NCBI GenBank assembly: GCA_963722885.1
Contig: CAVROS010000015.1
Location: 125,282 to 189,281, forward strand
DNA: 64,000 nucleotides
Direction: 5' to 3'
DNA from: an uncultured delta proteobacterium
GTDB taxonomy: Bacteria > Myxococcota_A > UBA9160 > UBA6930
The translations under genes and the position numbers were made by a program. How positions within the stretch are numbered: the stretch's first letter is position 1; the number at the start of each line of letters is the position of its first letter. The notes below the pieces were generated by a model. It did no database searches. It was not told the DNA's origin and saw nothing but the letters and a program-made list of their open reading frames with translations. This document shows, piece after piece, positions 19,009 to 30,016 of the stretch.

Positions 19009-21419
19009 GACAGAGTCGAGATCTCCATCGCTGAATCGCCCCGACTGCCGAGCTCTTCCACCCGGAACCTCACCGCACTGGGAGCGATTTCGATTCTGTG
19101 TTTCCCGCGCAGAGCGGTGTAGCGCACCGCGATGCGTTCGTCGTTTACCGGCACGGTGAAGACGGTTTCACCGTCGCCGGAGAAGGGTGCCACGCGAAGG
19201 GTGATTTCCGATACTGGGGATTCCCCTACGTGGTTCATCACCGGTCCCATCGGGATGATGGCACCCTCTCGGACGTAGAGGGGAAGTGTCTCGAGATCGG
19301 CCTCCACCTGGATCCAGCGACCTCCCGCGAGGCGGGTGCCGGTCCACCAGTCCGTCCACTCTCCAGCGGGCAGGTAGACCCGGCGAGCGCCACTCTCGTC
19401 GAAGATCGGCGCCACCAGCAGCCCGTCTCCCAGGAGCCACTGGTCGCCGATGTTCCAGACGCTGGGATCGTCCTGAAACTCCAACACCAGGGCCCGGGCC
19501 ATCGGGAGGCTTCGCTCGACGCAGTCGAAGGCCGAGCCGTAGATATACGGAAGCAGCCGGTAGCGCAGGTGGAGGTAGTCGCGGCAGATGCGCAGCACCT
19601 CGGGATCGAACTTGTAGAGCTCCCGGTCCCCGACGCCGTGGATTCGTGCGTGGGACAGGAAGAGGCCCGCCTGCATCCAGCGCACCAGCAGCGGGCCGCC
19701 GGTGATACCCAGGAAGCCGCCGATGTCCTGGCTCCAGAACTGGAATCCCGAGAGTCCGAAGGAGAGGCCTCCCTCGATCTGCGGAATCAGGTTCGACCAG
19801 TTGGCGCTGCTGTCTCCGCCCCAGTGGAGGGGGTAGCGCTGGCTCCCCGCCCAGGCGGAGCGGGCCCAGATGACCTGCTCGCCGGTGGCATCGCGGGTGA
19901 CCTCGGAGAGCGCCTGGTTGTAGAGCAGCGGGTAGAGGTTGTGGGCCTGGTGTCCCGGGGTGCCGTCGTGGTAGACGCCGTCGAGGGGCGCCTGCTCGCC
20001 GAAGTCGACCTTGATCACCTTGGCGCCCATCTCGAAGAGGCGCCGGAAGTGCTCCTGGTGCACGCGGCGTCCCTCGGGATTGGTGTAGTCGACACAGCCG
20101 ACGACTCCCTGGAAGCCGGGCGTCATGCAGATGCCCACGTCGTAGATTTCGCCTTCGGCCGTCTTCACGAAGCCGTCCACCGCCGCGAGATCCTCGAAGA
20201 GCTTCGAACCCTCCGGAATGTAGGGGAGCTGCCAGAGGGAGAGCTTCACCCCCATCTCTGCGAGCTCAGCAATGAAGCCCTGGGGATCGGGGAAGCGCTC
20301 GCGGTCGAACTCCAGGTCGCAGTACCAGTCCTCCTTGAACCAGTGGGTGTCCAGGTGGAGGACGTCCATCGGCACCTCCGCCTCGCGCATCTTGCGCGTC
20401 ACCTCGAGAGCCTCGTCGGCGGCGCGATAGGAGATCTTGCTCTGCCAGTAGCCGAAGCTCCAGAGAGGGGGGACGTGCCCCTTGCCGGTGAGGTCGGTGT
20501 ACTGGGAGAGGATCTCCTTCATGTCGCCGACGATCACGTAGTAGTCGAGAAAATCGTCCTCCACCGCGACCTGGACGTCCACCGCGGAGAGGCTCCCCAT
20601 CCAGCAGGTGATGCGACTCGAGTGATTGAGAAAGATTCCGTAGCCGCGGGTGCTCATGAAGAAGGGGATGTTCTTGTAGCTGCGCGGTGTCGTCGTTCCC
20701 AAGGACTCGAGCATGTTGAGATCGATGGTCTGCCCGACCTTGTTGAGCTTGATGAACTGCTCGCCCAGCCCGTAGATGGCTTCCTGGGGCCGCAAGGTGA
20801 AGCGCTCGACGGCGATCGGTGCGTCGTCCAGGGCGCTCCGGCAGATGCCGGTGTTGAAGGAGTCCCAGGTGTGGAAGTGGTTCTTCTCGGGGCCGCCGAT
20901 CGCGCAGACTTCGCGGCCTTCGGTGGTGGTGATGCGCAAGGTAAAGGGCTCGAGGCCGATTTCGGCGCGCAGCTTCGACGTCGTGTAGACGACCCGGTAG
21001 TTCTCCTGCCTCATCTGGCTCGCCGAGGGACCGGCCGGCTCTCCCACCAGCATCGGGGTGGCGTTCTCCGGAATCTCGTCGCCCTCGGCGTAGCGCACCC
21101 GCAGGATCGAGTCGCTGACCAGATCGACTCGGAGGCTTCCCGAGACCAGTGCTCCCGCCTCGGTGTCCGCGGTGAACTCGGCCTCGTCGCTTCCCGCCGG
21201 GAATTTCGTCTGAGCCGTCGTGATCTCCGCTCCGGTGCGGAGCAGGAGGCCGGTCTCGGTGGCGTCGACGACCGAGGTCGTCTTGACGGAGCTGCGGATC
21301 ACCTCCCGGGTTTCGAGAAGGCGCGTATCCAGCTGATCGAGGACGGGAGGTTGGGTCATGATTCCCCTTGCGGTGGCCGGGAAGGTCGCGACACCGGGAG
21401 GAAGAAGTATAACTCCCAT
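19005..21419 (-). CDS. glycoside hydrolase family 31 (alpha-xylosidase YicI-like)
   Basis: KVDFGE (nucleophile region), HWGGDSSANW and SGFQFWSQDIGGF are near-identical to the E. coli YicI blocks. An 804-aa intact ORF. Confidence 0.9.
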   Translation of the reverse strand: MGVILLPPGVATFPATARGIMTQPPVLDQLDTRLLETREVIRSSVKTTSVVDATETGLLLRTGAEITTAQTKFPAGSDEAEFTADTEAGALVSGSLRVDLVSDSILRVRYAEGDEIPENATPMLVGEPAGPSASQMRQENYRVVYTTSKLRAEIGLEPFTLRITTTEGREVCAIGGPEKNHFHTWDSFNTGICRSALDDAPIAVERFTLRPQEAIYGLGEQFIKLNKVGQTIDLNMLESLGTTTPRSYKNIPFFMSTRGYGIFLNHSSRITCWMGSLSAVDVQVAVEDDFLDYYVIVGDMKEILSQYTDLTGKGHVPPLWSFGYWQSKISYRAADEALEVTRKMREAEVPMDVLHLDTHWFKEDWYCDLEFDRERFPDPQGFIAELAEMGVKLSLWQLPYIPEGSKLFEDLAAVDGFVKTAEGEIYDVGICMTPGFQGVVGCVDYTNPEGRRVHQEHFRRLFEMGAKVIKVDFGEQAPLDGVYHDGTPGHQAHNLYPLLYNQALSEVTRDATGEQVIWARSAWAGSQRYPLHWGGDSSANWSNLIPQIEGGLSFGLSGFQFWSQDIGGFLGITGGPLLVRWMQAGLFLSHARIHGVGDRELYKFDPEVLRICRDYLHLRYRLLPYIYGSAFDCVERSLPMARALVLEFQDDPSVWNIGDQWLLGDGLLVAPIFDESGARRVYLPAGEWTDWWTGTRLAGGRWIQVEADLETLPLYVREGAIIPMGPVMNHVGESPVSEITLRVAPFSGDGETVFTVPVNDERIAVRYTALRGKHRIEIAPSAVRFRVEELGSRGDSAMEISTLS

Positions 21420-21450
21420 ACCCGTCTTCAGGACCGTAGGAGATTCCGAA

Positions 21451-23003
21451 GTGAGTCAGCCCGAAGCGCACAGCCGCCCCAGGAACGCGATCGTCGTGCT
21501 CCTCGACAGCCTGAATCGCCACATGCTCGGTGCCTACGGTGCGACGGAGTTCGACACGCCCCATCTCGATCGCTTCGCCAGGCGATCCATCCGCTTCGAT
21601 CGCCACTACGCCGGCTCACTCCCCTGCATGCCCGCCCGCCATGACATCCTCACCGGCGCCCTCGACTTCCTCTGGAAGCCCTGGGGATCCATCGAGGTCT
21701 GGGAGGACGCCATCACCCATCAGCTGCGCCGCGCGGGTGTCCACAGCTATCTGGCCTCGGATCACCCGCACCTCTTCGAGAGCGGCGGCGAGAACTACCA
21801 CACCGACTTCAACGCCTGGGAGTACCTGCGCGGTGGCGAGAACGACCCCTGGAGGAGCGTCCCCGACCCGAGCGCCACGGGGGCCCCCGAGATTCCCGAG
21901 GCCAGGCCGGCGCCGGTCCGCCGCCCCTACGACGACTCGCGGACCTACTTCCGGACCGAGTCGGACTTCCCGGCCCCCGGACGATGGCAACCGCCGCCCA
22001 GTGGCTGGAGGACAACGCCGGCCGCCACGAGCGCTTCTTCCTCTTCATCGACGAATTCGATCCCCACGAGCCCTTCGACACCCCGGAGCCCTATGCCTCC
22101 ATGTACGACCCGGGCTGGGAGGGACCGAAGCTCATCTGGCCCCCTTACGCAGTGGGCCCCATTGCGCGCGGGAAGATGAGCGAGCGGGAGGGCAGACAGG
22201 TTCGCGCCTGTTACGGGGCGGGCCTCACCATGATCGACCACTGGTTCGGAAGGCTGCTCGACACCATCGACCGCAAGGGCCTGGCCGACGACACCATGAT
22301 CGTCCTCTGCACCGACCACGGTCACTACCTGGGCGAGAAGACCGTGGACGACCTCGACATCTGGGGCAAGCCCGGGGTGCCGATCTACGAGACCCTCGGC
22401 CACACGCCGCTGATGATCTCCTGGCCCGGCCGCCCCGGGGGCTCCACCCGGGCTCTCACGACCAACGTGGACATTCACGCCACCCTCGCCGACCTCTTCG
22501 GGGTCGAGCCGACGCACCGCACTCATGGCCGCTCGATGATTCCGCTCCTCGAGGGAGAGGCGACATCGATCCGCGAGTGGGCACTCTCCGGGATCTGGGG
22601 GCGTCACATCCACGTGATTGGTGGCGAGGCCAAGTACGCCCGGGGCTACGCGGACGAGAACCTCCCGCTCTCGATGTGGTCGAACCGCTGGTCCACGATG
22701 CCGGTTCCGCACCTTCCGCAGCTCCGCCTGCCGCGTCCGGACCGGCGTGCCCGACTGGATTTCATGCCGGGATCCGACGTGCCGGTGATCCGGCAGCCCT
22801 TCGCCAAGGGCGATCCACTCCCGTACTGGGCCTCGAGCTCCCCACCCGACGATCACCATCTCTTCGACCTGAAGGACGACCCCGAAGAACGCCGCAATCT
22901 GGTGGGCACGGCTCTCGAGAAGCAGGCCATCGACCGGCTGCGCGCGGCGCTGGAGGAGGTCGAAGCGCCAGCGGATCAGCTGGTGCGGATTGGCCTGGCC
23001 TAG
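21451..23003 (+). CDS. sulfatase (Cys-type, formylglycine-dependent); 1-nt frameshift near 21955
   Basis: The sulfatase signature SLPCMPARHDILTG lies in frame 1 and the C-terminal block (TDHGHYLGE, ...) in frame 2. The GTG start at 21451 lies after an AGGAGA RBS. Confidence 0.85.
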
Positions 23004-23015
23004 AGGCGCAGTGGG

Positions 23016-24393
23016 TCAGAGACCGGGGGCGTCGAACAGCCCGCGCTCGGCGCCGAGCTCCCGCAGCTTCGCGATGGCGCCCGCCTGGATCTGCCGCACG
23101 CGCTCTCGCGAGAGGCCGAAGAGGTTGGCGATCTCCTGAAGCGTGTGTCCGGGCTTGCCGGCCAGCCCGAAGCGCTGGCTCAGGACATCCCGCTCGCGCT
23201 CGCTCAAGTGGACCAGCATTGAATCCAGGGTCCCCGTCAGTCGCTCGCGGTGCAGCTCGTCGATCGGGTTGATGGCCTCGGTGTCCTCGATCAGATCCGC
23301 CATCGACTCGTCTTCCGAGTTGCGGATGGGAGCGTCGAGCGAGGTCGGCTTCTGCCGGATTCGGCTCAGCATCTCGATCTGCTTCTCGTTGACCCCGAGC
23401 TCCTTGGCCAGCTCCTTCGTCGTCGGCGTGCGCCCGAGCGAAGTCGAGAGCTGCTTGAGGACGCGCTGGTAGCGCATGCTCCGGTCGTAGACGTGGGAGG
23501 GCAGGCGGATGGTGCGCGACTGGTTCTGGATGGCGCGAATCATCGCCTGACGAATCCACCACACCGCGTAGGTCGAGAACTTGAAGCCTCGCGTATGCTC
23601 GAACTTGCCGACGGCGTGGATCAGGCCGAGATTCCCTTCCTGCACCAGGTCCGGCATGGCGATGCCCATGCCGCGGAACTCCTTGGCGACCCTGATCACG
23701 AGCTTCAGGTTGTGACGGGTGAATTCGTTGCGGGCCTCGTGGAGACCGCTCTCCTCCTTGTCGATCTTCCGCATGCGCGCACGGAACTCCTTCGCGGAGA
23801 GACCCACCTCGAATTCCAGCTGCTGACGCGAGGTGCGGGATCCCGCCCCGGAGCTGCGCTCGCGAGAGGAGCGTCTCCCGATCGCGAAGGCCCTTCAGGA
23901 TCTCGTCGATCAGGGTCGGTGACAGGTTGGCCCGGATCAGCGCGCGCTGCATGTCCTGGTCGAGCTGCGCGAGCTTCGCCTCGGAGGGGCGGGCCTTGTA
24001 GCTGCCGGAGAGCTTGTCGCGGCGATCGAGGAGCAGGGCGACGCGCCGGAGCGCGCGATCCATCCGGGCGCTGGCGTCGGCTTCGCGGCGGTCGGCGGGC
24101 ACCGCGCTCATCGTCGCGGTCACGCGCTCCGCGCCGCGGAGCTCGCTCCAGCGCTCGACCACGAAACGCGCCGCGAAGGGAATCCCGAAGATCTCCTTCC
24201 GGAGTCCCGCGGTGTGGGCGTCGACCCGCTTGGCCAGGGCGACCTCTTCTTCCGCGGTCAGGGTCTCGACGGGACCGATCTCACGAAAGTACGGCCGCAG
24301 CATCTCGAAGGTGTCGTCCTTGGCGACCCGGTTGCTCTCTTGATCCGAGTGCTGGGTGTGGGCGCTCGAGAAATCGACCTCTTGCTGCAGCAT
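23016..24393 (-). CDS. RNA polymerase sigma factor, sigma-70 family group 1/2 (RpoD-like); 1-nt frameshift near 23845
   Basis: Region 1.2 is FEMLRPYFREIG. Region 2 (TRHNLKLVIRVAKEFRGMG...FSTYAVWWIRQAM), region 3 and region 4 (TLQEIANLFGLSRERVRQI) are all present. The ATG at 24393 lies after a GGAGG RBS. Confidence 0.85.
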
Positions 24394-24511
24394 CACCGCC
24401 TCCGTTCGATTTCGGGGTCTCCCGGGTTTCTTCTCAGAGGCCCTCTGGATCCGGGCCGACGGGAGAATCCCCCTGGGGGATTGCCGTCTCTCCTCCGGAG
24501 ACGGGAGCAAA

Positions 24512-24540
24512 ACTATAAGCTCCTCGGCGGAGATTTGCAA
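24512..24540 (-). promoter_or_regulatory. sigma-70-type promoter upstream of the sigma factor gene: TTGCAA-17 nt-TATAGT (minus strand), in a ~60-nt AT-rich island
   Basis: The hexamers are read directly from the sequence (plus-strand coordinates 24535-24540 and 24512-24517). An inverted repeat AAAACTAT/ATAGTTTT overlaps the -10 and the UP region. Confidence 0.4.
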
Positions 24541-24561
24541 TATCTTTATTTAAATAGTTTT

Positions 24562-25599
24562 TTATTTCTTGTGGGAGCGGCCGAGCCCGGAGTCCGCGAG
24601 CTCCTCCGCCAGCCGCAGGATCTCCTCGCGAAGCTCGAGCATGGCGAGCCAGCGGGGCGGGATGGCTGCGTCGCCCAGGGCGGCGCCAAGCAGGTTGCCC
24701 GCAATGGCGCCGGTGCTGTCGCTGTCGCCGCCGTGATTGACGGCCAGGCGAAGGGCGCTCTCCAGGTCGGGCGCGGCCAGGGCGCAGAAGACCGCGATCG
24801 CCAGCGCCTCCTCGGCCACCCAGCCCTCGCCGAGCGATTCCACGTCCTCCGGGAAGGCTCCGCCGCGTTTTTCCACGGAGAGGGAGATCGCGCGCTCGAC
24901 GGCGGCTGCGCACTCCTCGTGGCCCGGGTGCCGGCGTAGCTCCTCCAGGGCCTCCTGGCAGGCGGCGCGAAGCGGCGTTCCCGCCGCGGCCTCGCGGATT
25001 GCCAATGCCTGGTAGCCCGCGGCCAGGAAGCCGGTGGGGTGGCCGTGGGTGATGGCGGCGATCTCGCAGCCAGCGGAGAAGGGATCGCCGATTTCGCCGG
25101 CGAGACCGACCGGAGCGATCCGCATCACGCCCCCGCAGCCTTTGCTGCTGTTGAGAGGCTGCTCAGCGCTTCCCATCCGGGGCGCCCGCAGGGCGGAGAG
25201 GCAGGTGTTGCCCGGGCTGCGGCGGCTGTGGAGCGCCTCGAGGCCGAGGAGCCAGCCCTCGTCGGTGCGCTCGAAGGTTGGATGGGCCGAGCGCTCGCCC
25301 TGGGTGCGGAGCCAGCGCAGGTAGGCGCGGTGCACCGATCGCACCAGACCCGAGCGGCCCGAGAAGGCGGGATCGCCGGCTGCCAGGATCAGCCCCTCGG
25401 CGGTGAAGAGGGTCATCTGGGTGTCGTCGGTGATGGCGCCCACTCTGCCAAATGCCGGCGCGGGTTCCCGGAGCCCCTCCGAACCGAAGCGGGCGCGGAT
25501 CTCGCGGAGCGACTCGAACTCGATCGGAGCGCCCAGGGTGTCGCCCACCGCGCCGCCCAGCAGGGAGCCGCGGATGCGATCTCGGGGCAGCTGGCTCAT
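24562..25599 (-). CDS. ADP-ribosylglycohydrolase family protein (DraG-like)
   Basis: LLGGAVGDTLGAPIEF and HGGDSDSTGAIAGNLLGA are the canonical ARH N- and C-terminal motifs. Confidence 0.9.
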   Translation of the reverse strand: MSQLPRDRIRGSLLGGAVGDTLGAPIEFESLREIRARFGSEGLREPAPAFGRVGAITDDTQMTLFTAEGLILAAGDPAFSGRSGLVRSVHRAYLRWLRTQGERSAHPTFERTDEGWLLGLEALHSRRSPGNTCLSALRAPRMGSAEQPLNSSKGCGGVMRIAPVGLAGEIGDPFSAGCEIAAITHGHPTGFLAAGYQALAIREAAAGTPLRAACQEALEELRRHPGHEECAAAVERAISLSVEKRGGAFPEDVESLGEGWVAEEALAIAVFCALAAPDLESALRLAVNHGGDSDSTGAIAGNLLGAALGDAAIPPRWLAMLELREEILRLAEELADSGLGRSHKK

Positions 25600-25702
25600 G
25601 CCGCAATTCTAGGGCTTCCAATCGAGATCCCCGAGGGGTTCCAGCCTCGCGGCTGGCGAACGCCCCGAAGCGGTAGGATGCGCTCCGGGAAGTGCGGCGG
25701 GG

Positions 25703-26986
25703 ATGATGCGGCCAGGACCGGTGAGCGGGGCGCCGAGGGGAGAAGCGGGTGGGGAGAAGCCTCCCTCGCCGCTTCGGATCGCCCAGTTCCGCTGGCTCTT
25801 CACCAGCAACATGTTCTTCTTCATGGCGATGGAGGCCCAACGCCTGGTCCGGGTCTGGATCGCCTACGACCTCACCGACCGAAAGATCGCCCTCGGCCTG
25901 CTGCTCGCCGCCGTGGCCACCCCGATGATGCTGATCGCGCCCTTCGGCGGGGCGATCGCCGACCGTGTCGAGCGGCGCAATCTGATCGTCATCGGTCAGG
26001 CGATCGTCGTCGCCAACGAGGGCCTGATCCTCGCGCTGTTGGTCAGCGACCAGCTCGCCTTCTGGCACCTGCTCTGTACCTCCGCGGTGGCGGGCTGCGT
26101 GTTCCCGCTGATCATGCCGGCACGGGCCGCCATCGTCGTCAACATCGTCGGCAAGGAAGGCGTGAGCCAGGCGGTGGGGCTCAACATGGCGGGCATGAAT
26201 ACGATGCGGGTGGTGGGCCCGGGCGTGGCCGGTTACCTGCTCTACCTGCTGGGCATGAAGGGCGCAGCAGCGGTGGGAGTCGGGATCTACTTCCTGGCCT
26301 TCCTGTGCGTGCTGCGGGTCGGGCGCTACCGCCCCCAGAGCGCGGCGCGGGAGGTCTCGATCGGCCGCAACATCCTCGACGGCGTCCGCTACATGCGAGA
26401 GCACCGCCTGGTGCTGGTGCTGCTCTTCTTCGGGCTGGTTCCGATGTTCCTGGCCATGCCCTTCGGCACACTGCTGGTGGTCTTCGCCCGCGACATCTGG
26501 AAGGTCGGAGAGTGGGGGCTCGGCTGGCTGCAGGCGGTCGGGGGGCTCGGCGGAGTGGTGGGAGCCATGCTGATCGCCTGGCGAGCCGCCGGCAGCCGCC
26601 GTCTCGGCACCATGATGTGGAGCGTGATCGGCTTCGGTGTCTTCCTGGTCGGCTTCGCCTTCAGCCCCTGGTTCCTGCTCGCACTCCCGCTGGTCTTCGC
26701 CGCCAACGTGCTGGGCAGCATCTACTCGACGCTCAATAGCGCCGCGATCCAATTGCTGATCCCGGACGCGGTGCGCGGGCGGGTTTCGAGCTTCCTGATG
26801 ATGTCCTTCTCGCTCCCGCTGCTGGGGACACTGCCAATGAGCGCCGTCGCCGAGTTCTACGGCGCTCCGTTCGCGGTGGGGCTGGCCGCGGTGCTCTCCG
26901 TGGCGGCTGCCTTGATCTTCTACGTGTCGAGCCCGCAGCTGCGCCGGATGGACGCCTCCATCCGCGAGGCGATGGCGGAGCAGTAG
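25703..26986 (+). CDS. MFS transporter (DHA3/EntS-like)
   Basis: Twelve TM segments and the MFS loop motif GGAIADRVERRN. Confidence 0.85.
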   Translation: MMRPGPVSGAPRGEAGGEKPPSPLRIAQFRWLFTSNMFFFMAMEAQRLVRVWIAYDLTDRKIALGLLLAAVATPMMLIAPFGGAIADRVERRNLIVIGQAIVVANEGLILALLVSDQLAFWHLLCTSAVAGCVFPLIMPARAAIVVNIVGKEGVSQAVGLNMAGMNTMRVVGPGVAGYLLYLLGMKGAAAVGVGIYFLAFLCVLRVGRYRPQSAAREVSIGRNILDGVRYMREHRLVLVLLFFGLVPMFLAMPFGTLLVVFARDIWKVGEWGLGWLQAVGGLGGVVGAMLIAWRAAGSRRLGTMMWSVIGFGVFLVGFAFSPWFLLALPLVFAANVLGSIYSTLNSAAIQLLIPDAVRGRVSSFLMMSFSLPLLGTLPMSAVAEFYGAPFAVGLAAVLSVAAALIFYVSSPQLRRMDASIREAMAEQ

Positions 26987-27017
26987 GGCGCGTCGTCATC
27001 CCGTCGAAGAGGGGCTC

Positions 27018-28413
27018 TCACTCGCCGATCGCGGCCAGCACGGCGGCGCCGAAGTCGTTCGAGCTGTAGCTGCTCTCCGGGCGGGACTGGCCCAGGCGCA
27101 CCAGGACCAGCTCGCGGGAGGGGATCACCACGACCTCCTGGCCCTCGAAGCCTCGCGCAGAAAAGGTGTCGGTCGGCAGGTCGGGCCAGGGGCGGTCGCC
27201 GGGGTCGTCCGGCTCTCCGGCGTTCAGCCACCAGTGCGCGCCGTAGCGGCCCTGCGGCGCCTTCGGCGTCGGCGTGGTGCTGTACTCCACCCAGCCCTCG
27301 GGCAGGATGCGCTCGCCCTGCCAGACGCCGTCCTTCAGGAAGAGCAGCCCGAAGCGCGCCCAGTCGCGCGCCGTGGCGAACATGAACGACGATCCGACGA
27401 AGCTGCCGCTCGCGTCCGGCTCGATCACCGCGCTGCGCATGCCGATGCGATCGAAGAGCGCCTCGCGCGGGAAGCGGAAGTGGGCGGCCTGGTCGCCCTC
27501 GAAGCTGTGGCGAAGGATCCGCGAGACGATGTTGGAGGTGCCGCTCGAGTAGTGCCAGTGGCTGTCGGGTGGGTGCTCGAGCGGCTTCGCGGCGGCATAG
27601 GCTGCCGCGTCGCCCCGGTCGCAGAGCATCGTCACCAGGTCCCCGTCGTACTCGTCGGTGGCCTCCCCGAACTCGAGACCGCTGCTCATGCGCAGCAGCT
27701 GATCCAGCGTGATTGCTCCGCGCGGATCGCCGGCGCTGCGCCACTCGGGCACCGGAGCGGGTGCCTGGAGATCGAGCGCGCCCTGCCGCACCCGGATGCC
27801 GACCAGGGCGCCGATCACGCTCTTGGTCATCGACCAGCCGGGGAGCGGCGTCTGCGCGTCGAAGCCTTCGGCGTAGCGCTCGGCGATGATCCTTCCCCGG
27901 TGGACGACGACGACGGCGCGGGTCTCGCGCCTTCCCGAGTCGGCGGGCTCCGAGAAGACCTCGATCCAGCGCAGCGTCGAGCTTCGCCGCGTCGATGCTC
28001 GCCGTCTGCGGCGGCCCGTCGGGCAGCGCGTCGCCGCTCGGCCAGGGAACGGTGCTCGGGTCGACAGCGGGAGCCGTCGGCGGATCGTAGGGCTGGCTGC
28101 GGATCTCCTCTTCCGTCAGCCCCTTGACCAGCGTGCAGCCGAGACCCTCGCGGCAGATCGCCTTGCTCCGGACCACGCCGAGCGCCCGTGCACTCGCCGA
28201 GCGGTCTTCCGGATCCACCCGGCCGGACACCAGGACCATGGGGCCGTCGGAGAGGTCGTCGCGGATCACCCGCTCGGCCTCCCTCCCGGAGACGAAGACG
28301 CGCGAAGCCAGCTCCTTGGCCTTGTACCCCGCCCCGCTCTGGAGCGTCTGGCCCAGCCCGGAGCACGCGAGCGTCGCTGCGATCAATAGTGCCGCGGTCG
28401 AGAATCGCAGCAT
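27018..28413 (-). CDS. beta-lactamase-related serine hydrolase lipoprotein; 1-nt frameshift near 27955
   Basis: The N-terminus with lipobox (LIAATLACSG) lies in ORF 26920..28413. The S-x-x-K region and the C-terminal half (GWSMTKSV..., YSSGTSNIV, HWWL) lie in ORF 27018..27830. Confidence 0.75.
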
Positions 28414-28416
28414 CCG

Positions 28417-28881
28417 CTAGCCCAGGTCGAGGGCCGTCGCGCTCGCCGGGTCGCGGATCTCCTGGAGCTCGACCACGTTTCCGTCCGGATCCCGGCCGTA
28501 GGTGACCCGCGATCCGCCCAGATCCTGGGGTGGACAGTGGAAGCGCATGCCCGCAGCCGTCAGCCGCTGGTACTCGGCATCGACGTCCGTTACGTCGAGG
28601 CAGATGTGGGTGATGCCGTGATCGCAGACCGGGCGGTTCGGGTCAACCGGGCTCGGAGCGGGCGACGCGTACTGGAACAGCTCGAGGAAGGCGTTTCCGG
28701 CGCGAAGCATCGCCAGCTGGGCCGAAGAGCCCGAGAGACCGGTGATGTTGTCGGCCACCTCCACGCCGGCGGGCCAGCCCCCCTCGAAGACCGTCTCGAA
28801 TCCCAGCAGGTCGCGGTAGAAGGCGAGGGCTCGTTGAAGATCGCCGGTCGAGATGGCGGCGTGATGGATTCCTCTGATCAT
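28417..28881 (-). CDS. VOC-family protein (glyoxalase/bleomycin resistance/dioxygenase fold)
   Basis: IHHAAISTGDLQRALAFYRDLLGFE...HICLDVTDVDAEYQRL is the typical paired beta-alpha-beta-beta-beta module. Confidence 0.85.
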   Translation of the reverse strand: MIRGIHHAAISTGDLQRALAFYRDLLGFETVFEGGWPAGVEVADNITGLSGSSAQLAMLRAGNAFLELFQYASPAPSPVDPNRPVCDHGITHICLDVTDVDAEYQRLTAAGMRFHCPPQDLGGSRVTYGRDPDGNVVELQEIRDPASATALDLG

Positions 28882-28948
28882 CGTTGCGGCTCCTCCGAAG
28901 CACGGGTTTCGGAAGGAGCATACCGGAGGCGGACCCGGCTCCGCGCGT

Positions 28949-29923
28949 CTACTCCACCTGTCGCAGGAACTCGGAGAGCCCGTAGCCGACCTGGTCGCCG
29001 CAGCGCCACTCGGTCATGCCCTCGCCGATGTGGGTGACGAGGCCGGCGCGGCGGTTGCGCAGCGGAATGAAGCTCTGGACCTTCCCCTCGATCTCCAGCT
29101 CTTCTCCCTTCGCCGTCTTGACCTTCGCGTGCACCCCCTTGTGATAGAGGGTGTTCTCCTCGTAGTCCGCGTCGATCTCGACCTCGGTGATCAGGTCGAT
29201 CTCCTCGCCGTGGACGACGACGCCCCAGCGTCGCTCGCGCTCCTGGTCCCAGCGAATGATCGACACCATGGCGTGGAAGTCCGGTCCGAAGTTCATGGTG
29301 AGCCAGTCGTACTGGTGGATGGCCTGCCAGTAGCGGGGTCCCCAGGAGTGGTCCCGCAGCCCGAAGCCGTCGATCTGGTAGGTGGTGTCGTCGATCTCGA
29401 GGGTGCCCTCGACGTGCATGTGCTGCTCGTAGTGGGCCTTGCCGAACTGCTCCTCGGGCGGCTTGTCGCCCTGCTCGCCGGCGTCGTTCTTTCCGTAGAG
29501 CGGGCCCACCGCCTCGTGGAGCAGGTCCAGGTGGACGCGCTTCTTCGGGCTCTCGACGAAGGCGCGCTTCGGATCTGCCATCTTCCGGGGCTCCTCGAGC
29601 TCCAGCACGGAGCCCTGGTAGACGGTGCGCAGGGTCTGGGTCGGCTCCAGCACCTCGAAGCGGCAGCCCCCGGCGTCGAAGGTGTCGTTGTCCTTGATCT
29701 GGGGCCGCTTGAACATGAAGAGCACGCGTCCGTCCGGCAGGTAGAGGGTCACGGTCATCTCGGCCTGGCCCTCGTTGGCGCGGTTCCCCAACCGGATGAA
29801 GCCCCCGATCGACTTCTCCCTGTCGAAGAAGTTGAAGTACATGCTCTCGTTGAAGTTCGACTCCGGCCCGAGGGGATGTGTGAAGTCGTCTTCCGGAACG
29901 ATGTTGCCGATGATCTTGGCCAT
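28949..29923 (-). CDS. hypothetical protein (possible CrtC/AttH-like beta-barrel fold)
   Basis: A 324-aa ORF with balanced composition. The motif RDHSWGPRYW is reminiscent of AttH/CrtC-like proteins. The family assignment is weak. Confidence 0.55.
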   Translation of the reverse strand: MAKIIGNIVPEDDFTHPLGPESNFNESMYFNFFDREKSIGGFIRLGNRANEGQAEMTVTLYLPDGRVLFMFKRPQIKDNDTFDAGGCRFEVLEPTQTLRTVYQGSVLELEEPRKMADPKRAFVESPKKRVHLDLLHEAVGPLYGKNDAGEQGDKPPEEQFGKAHYEQHMHVEGTLEIDDTTYQIDGFGLRDHSWGPRYWQAIHQYDWLTMNFGPDFHAMVSIIRWDQERERRWGVVVHGEEIDLITEVEIDADYEENTLYHKGVHAKVKTAKGEELEIEGKVQSFIPLRNRRAGLVTHIGEGMTEWRCGDQVGYGLSEFLRQVE

Positions 29924-30016
29924 GGAATCCTCCGCCCGCCTGGGTCAGTCCGTCAGCGACGAGCCTATCAGAAGCCGCGCCCGACAAACACGCCGAAATG
30001 CGCCCCCGCCGCGGAA

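Noticed and set aside
23016-24393. Sigma factor as an ECF (group 4) sigma
   Set aside because: Regions 1.2, 2, 3 and 4 are all present and the length is ~459 aa. It is a group 1/2 sigma-70.
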